Shown: one piece after another, positions 61,104 to 64,000 of the stretch
How positions within the stretch are numbered: the stretch's first letter is position 1
Layout: the number at the start of each line of letters is the position of its first letter
Origin: Azolla caroliniana
Lineage: Eukaryota; Plantae; Polypodiophyta
Direction: 5' to 3'
Assembly: GCA_043228905.1 (NCBI GenBank)
Contig: JBHGNT010000001.1
Location: 17,298,001 to 17,362,000, forward strand
Length of the DNA: 64,000 nt
Translations under genes and position numbers: made by a program
Notes under the pieces: model-generated
The model's database searches: none
Seen by the model: the letters and a program-made list of their open reading frames with translations, nothing else
Told to the model about the DNA's origin: nothing

Positions 61104-64000
61104 TTACGCCGCGGGTTCTCCGGCTTTGTCCTGTCCGGCGGTGAATGGGTTAGGTGGCGTAGGGCCCAGGTAAGGTTTAAGGCGAAACCCATTCACCTTT
61201 TGTCGTAAGACTTCCCCGGCCAGCGTACCTAATTGGAACGTGCCTTGTTCCGCTCCAATTATCCAGTACAGGCCTGTCCAGCAGAATTGTAACTTCCTTG
61301 GCATATGGCCCATGTGGGTTTGGAAAACCAGCACCGCTCGACCGACGGCGAAATCCTTTTCCCGTGCATTCCGATGTCGATCCACAAACGCTTTACACTG
61401 TCGTTGTTCCTACTCCAACACAGCCATGTTGTGTACGCGTTTTTCCCCGAGTTCTAGTAGTTGGTGGAGCCGTACCTCCTCTGACTTGGCTTCCGATAGT
61501 TAGTCCCGTACCTGAATCCGCAAACTGGGTATCTGAAACTCTACCGGCATCACGGCCTCCAACCCAAATGCTAGTCGAAACGGTGTTGATTGTATGCTTG
61601 TTTTGTAGCTAGTTCTGTACGCCCATAACGCACTTTGGAATTTGGTATCCCAGTCCGTTCTATTTTCATTGACGATTTTCTTCAAGATGGTCTGCAACGT
61701 CTTGTTGGTGGATTCCTCTAACCCATTCGCCTATGGATAATATGGCGTACTCTTCTAGTGGACTACGACATAATGATGTATTAGTTCCTGAACCACCGTA
61801 TTGAGAAAGTGGCTCCCCTGGTCACTGATGAGCTCAATCGGACAGTCGAACCAGCACCAGATGTGCTCATAAAGGAATCTCACTGTGACGGCCGTTGTAT
61901 TTCCTCGTAGTGCCTTTGCTTCTACCCACTTGGTGCAATAATCCGTGGCTACCAATATGTATTTATTGCCCGTACAGGCTACCGCCGGTGTGAAGGGGCC
62001 CACAAAATCCAATCCCCACTTTTGGAAGGGGTCTAATGGTAATATGGGCTGGTGTGGCATCCTTGTGCCCTCCATGGGCTGGCCCATCCGTTGACACAAA
62101 TCACACTTTCTACAATACTTGGATGCGTCCTTTTGCATTGTCGGCCACCATAGGCCCGCCTGCCATATTTTCCGGGTTGTAACCTCGCCCGCGTAATGGC
62201 TGCCTGTCGTGCCGTAGTGTGCCTCTCGTAAAACTGCTTCTTTCTCATCCTGACGTACCCCACGTCGCCAAATGCCATCACTTCCTTTGTGATATAAAAT
62301 TCCTTCTACAAGGCAGAAGTTACGGCTTCGGACGGCTAGTCGTTTCTTCTCGTCCGTGCGTAGTTGTGGTGGAGGCAGTCCCGTAGTAAAAAAGTATGTG
62401 ATTTCCATAAGCCACCGATCCGGAAAGGTCAATTCCGTTCTTTCCGCTAGTGCTGCTACCCGCAGCATGTCGGCATCCGGAAAATCGTCGTCGTCCTTCT
62501 GTACTGTTTCTCCATTATCGAGTCTGCTCAAAAAATCTGCCACTGCGTGTTGCGTCCTCGGTCGGTGTTGAATTACAAAATCGAATTCTTGAAGCAGCAG
62601 CATCCATCGCACCAATTTCCCTGTCAAGGCTTGTTTTTTCACCAAATACAGCAGCGCCGAATGATCGACGTGGAACGTGAATTTCCTCCCTAGTAAATAA
62701 TGCCGAAATTTATTGATGCTATAGATCATCCCTAGCGCCTCCCGCTCCGTTCTGGAATAGTTACGCTCTGTTGTTGATAATTTGCGACTAGCGTAGTACA
62801 CTGGCTGGTACCAGTTTAGTTCGGTGAGCTGCATTAGCGCACTCCCTATTGTTATGTCTGAGGCGTCGACGAACACGTGGAATGGCTTCGCCCAAACTGG
62901 TGGTTGTACAACGGGGGCCTCTGTGAGCATTATCTTAAGTGCCTCATAGGCCTTGTCCTCCATTGCGGTCCATTGGAAGGGAGTCTGATGCATGACAACA
63001 TGTAACGGCGTGGTGAAGTCCGTCAAATATCGTATCATCCGACTATGCCACAGTATTTGTCCTAAAAACTGGCTGAGTGATTTCACGCTTGTCGGAGTTT
63101 TGGCTTGCGTAATCGCGGAGATCTTGTTCGGATCGACCGCTATTCCCTCCTTGCTGACTATATGGCCTAGGAGAGTCCCGCTGGTCACGCCGAAGACACA
63201 TTTCATGGGATTTAGGCTTAAGCGTGCGGTGCGACAACGTTCCAAGCACAATTGCAGATGCGTAAAATGGTCAATTGTTCTCCCATATACTTGCATGAAC
63301 GCCGGAATATATTCCCCAAAGATCTCCATAATTGTCCGTTGAAATGTTGTCGGCGCCATCTTTAGCCCGAACATCACGAGGACTGCCACATAGACTCCCC
63401 AGTCCGTGACAAATGTCATCTTCTCTCGGTCATCAGGATGCATGCGTACCTGGTTAACCCACTGAAGCCGTCTAAAAAATTGTACATCTCATGTCCTGCG
63501 ACGGTGTCCAGTACACTATCGGTGAATGGTGAAGGGAATGCGTTCGTAATGGTTACGGCGTTTAATTTTCGATAATCCACGCATACCCGTATTTTGCCGT
63601 TTTTCTTTGGAACGACTACTATCGGACTTAACAATGTGGCTTGTTTAACTGGCCGTATGAATCCCACCTTTAGGAATTTGGCAATTTCTTCTTTTACGCG
63701 GGTCGCGTAGTTCGGGTTCATGCGGTAGGGGCGCTGCCAGACGGGTTTTGCGTCGGTTGCTAAATTGATCTTATGTTGATAGAACTTGGGATCTAACCCC
63801 TTCATGTCCTCGTGAGCCCAAGCGAACACATCTTTATATTTCTTGAGTAGTGTAATCATCGTGTTTCTGTGGTCCGGCCTTAATTCCTTTGCGATGGAGA
63901 GGAAACGGGGTTCTGACTCCGTACCCACGTTTACTTCTTCCAGGGTGGAGGCGGTGACTCATCGTGAAATTTCTATTTCCCTTTCGAATGCCGCCCGTGC
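61104..64000 (-). pseudogene. pol: Gypsy pol (RT, RNase H, integrase) with frameshift, stop and loss of the YxDD segment
   Basis: VCVDYRKLN, FLDGFSG, VFVDASD, EREALG, HHCC (EAH..SH..CRKCDLC), WGLDFVGP, ISDQGSHF. Confidence 0.92.

Larger units (their letters stand above)
57948..64000 (-). mobile_element. Non-chromovirus Ty3/Gypsy element (Athila/Phygy-like) with a long 3' extra ORF, partial
   Basis: RT, RNase H and integrase in Gypsy order with no chromodomain, followed by about 3 kb of sense coding sequence. No LTR in the window. Confidence 0.88.

Overview
This is eukaryotic, heterochromatin-like DNA made almost entirely of nested transposable elements. The mix of self-priming chromoviruses, tRNA-Trp-primed Gypsy elements and iMet-primed Copia elements suggests a non-seed land plant such as a moss, liverwort, lycophyte or fern (inference). 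No intact host gene is visible. About 14 insertions can be resolved by their TG..CA termini, target site duplications (TSDs), primer binding sites (PBS) and polypurine tracts (PPT), nested up to five deep. Main observations: (1) a very young Tcn1/Tf1-like chromovirus (2325-7174) with a self-complementary PBS, a G_UUA_AAC plus pseudoknot -1 frameshift signal and an in-frame pol deletion; (2) outward-facing tRNA-like A-box/B-box modules with identical 43-nt spacing at the U3 edge of LTRs from two unrelated Gypsy lineages; (3) a 14-kb Sola2-like DNA transposon (27-bp perfect TIRs, 4-bp TSD) with a spliced transposase and a convergent multi-exon accessory gene; (4) gag-only tRNA-Trp-primed elements that share cis signals but have different LTRs; (5) a degenerate FCP1/NIF-like phosphatase gene fragment. 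Coordinates were read by eye and family names come from motif recall, not database searches.
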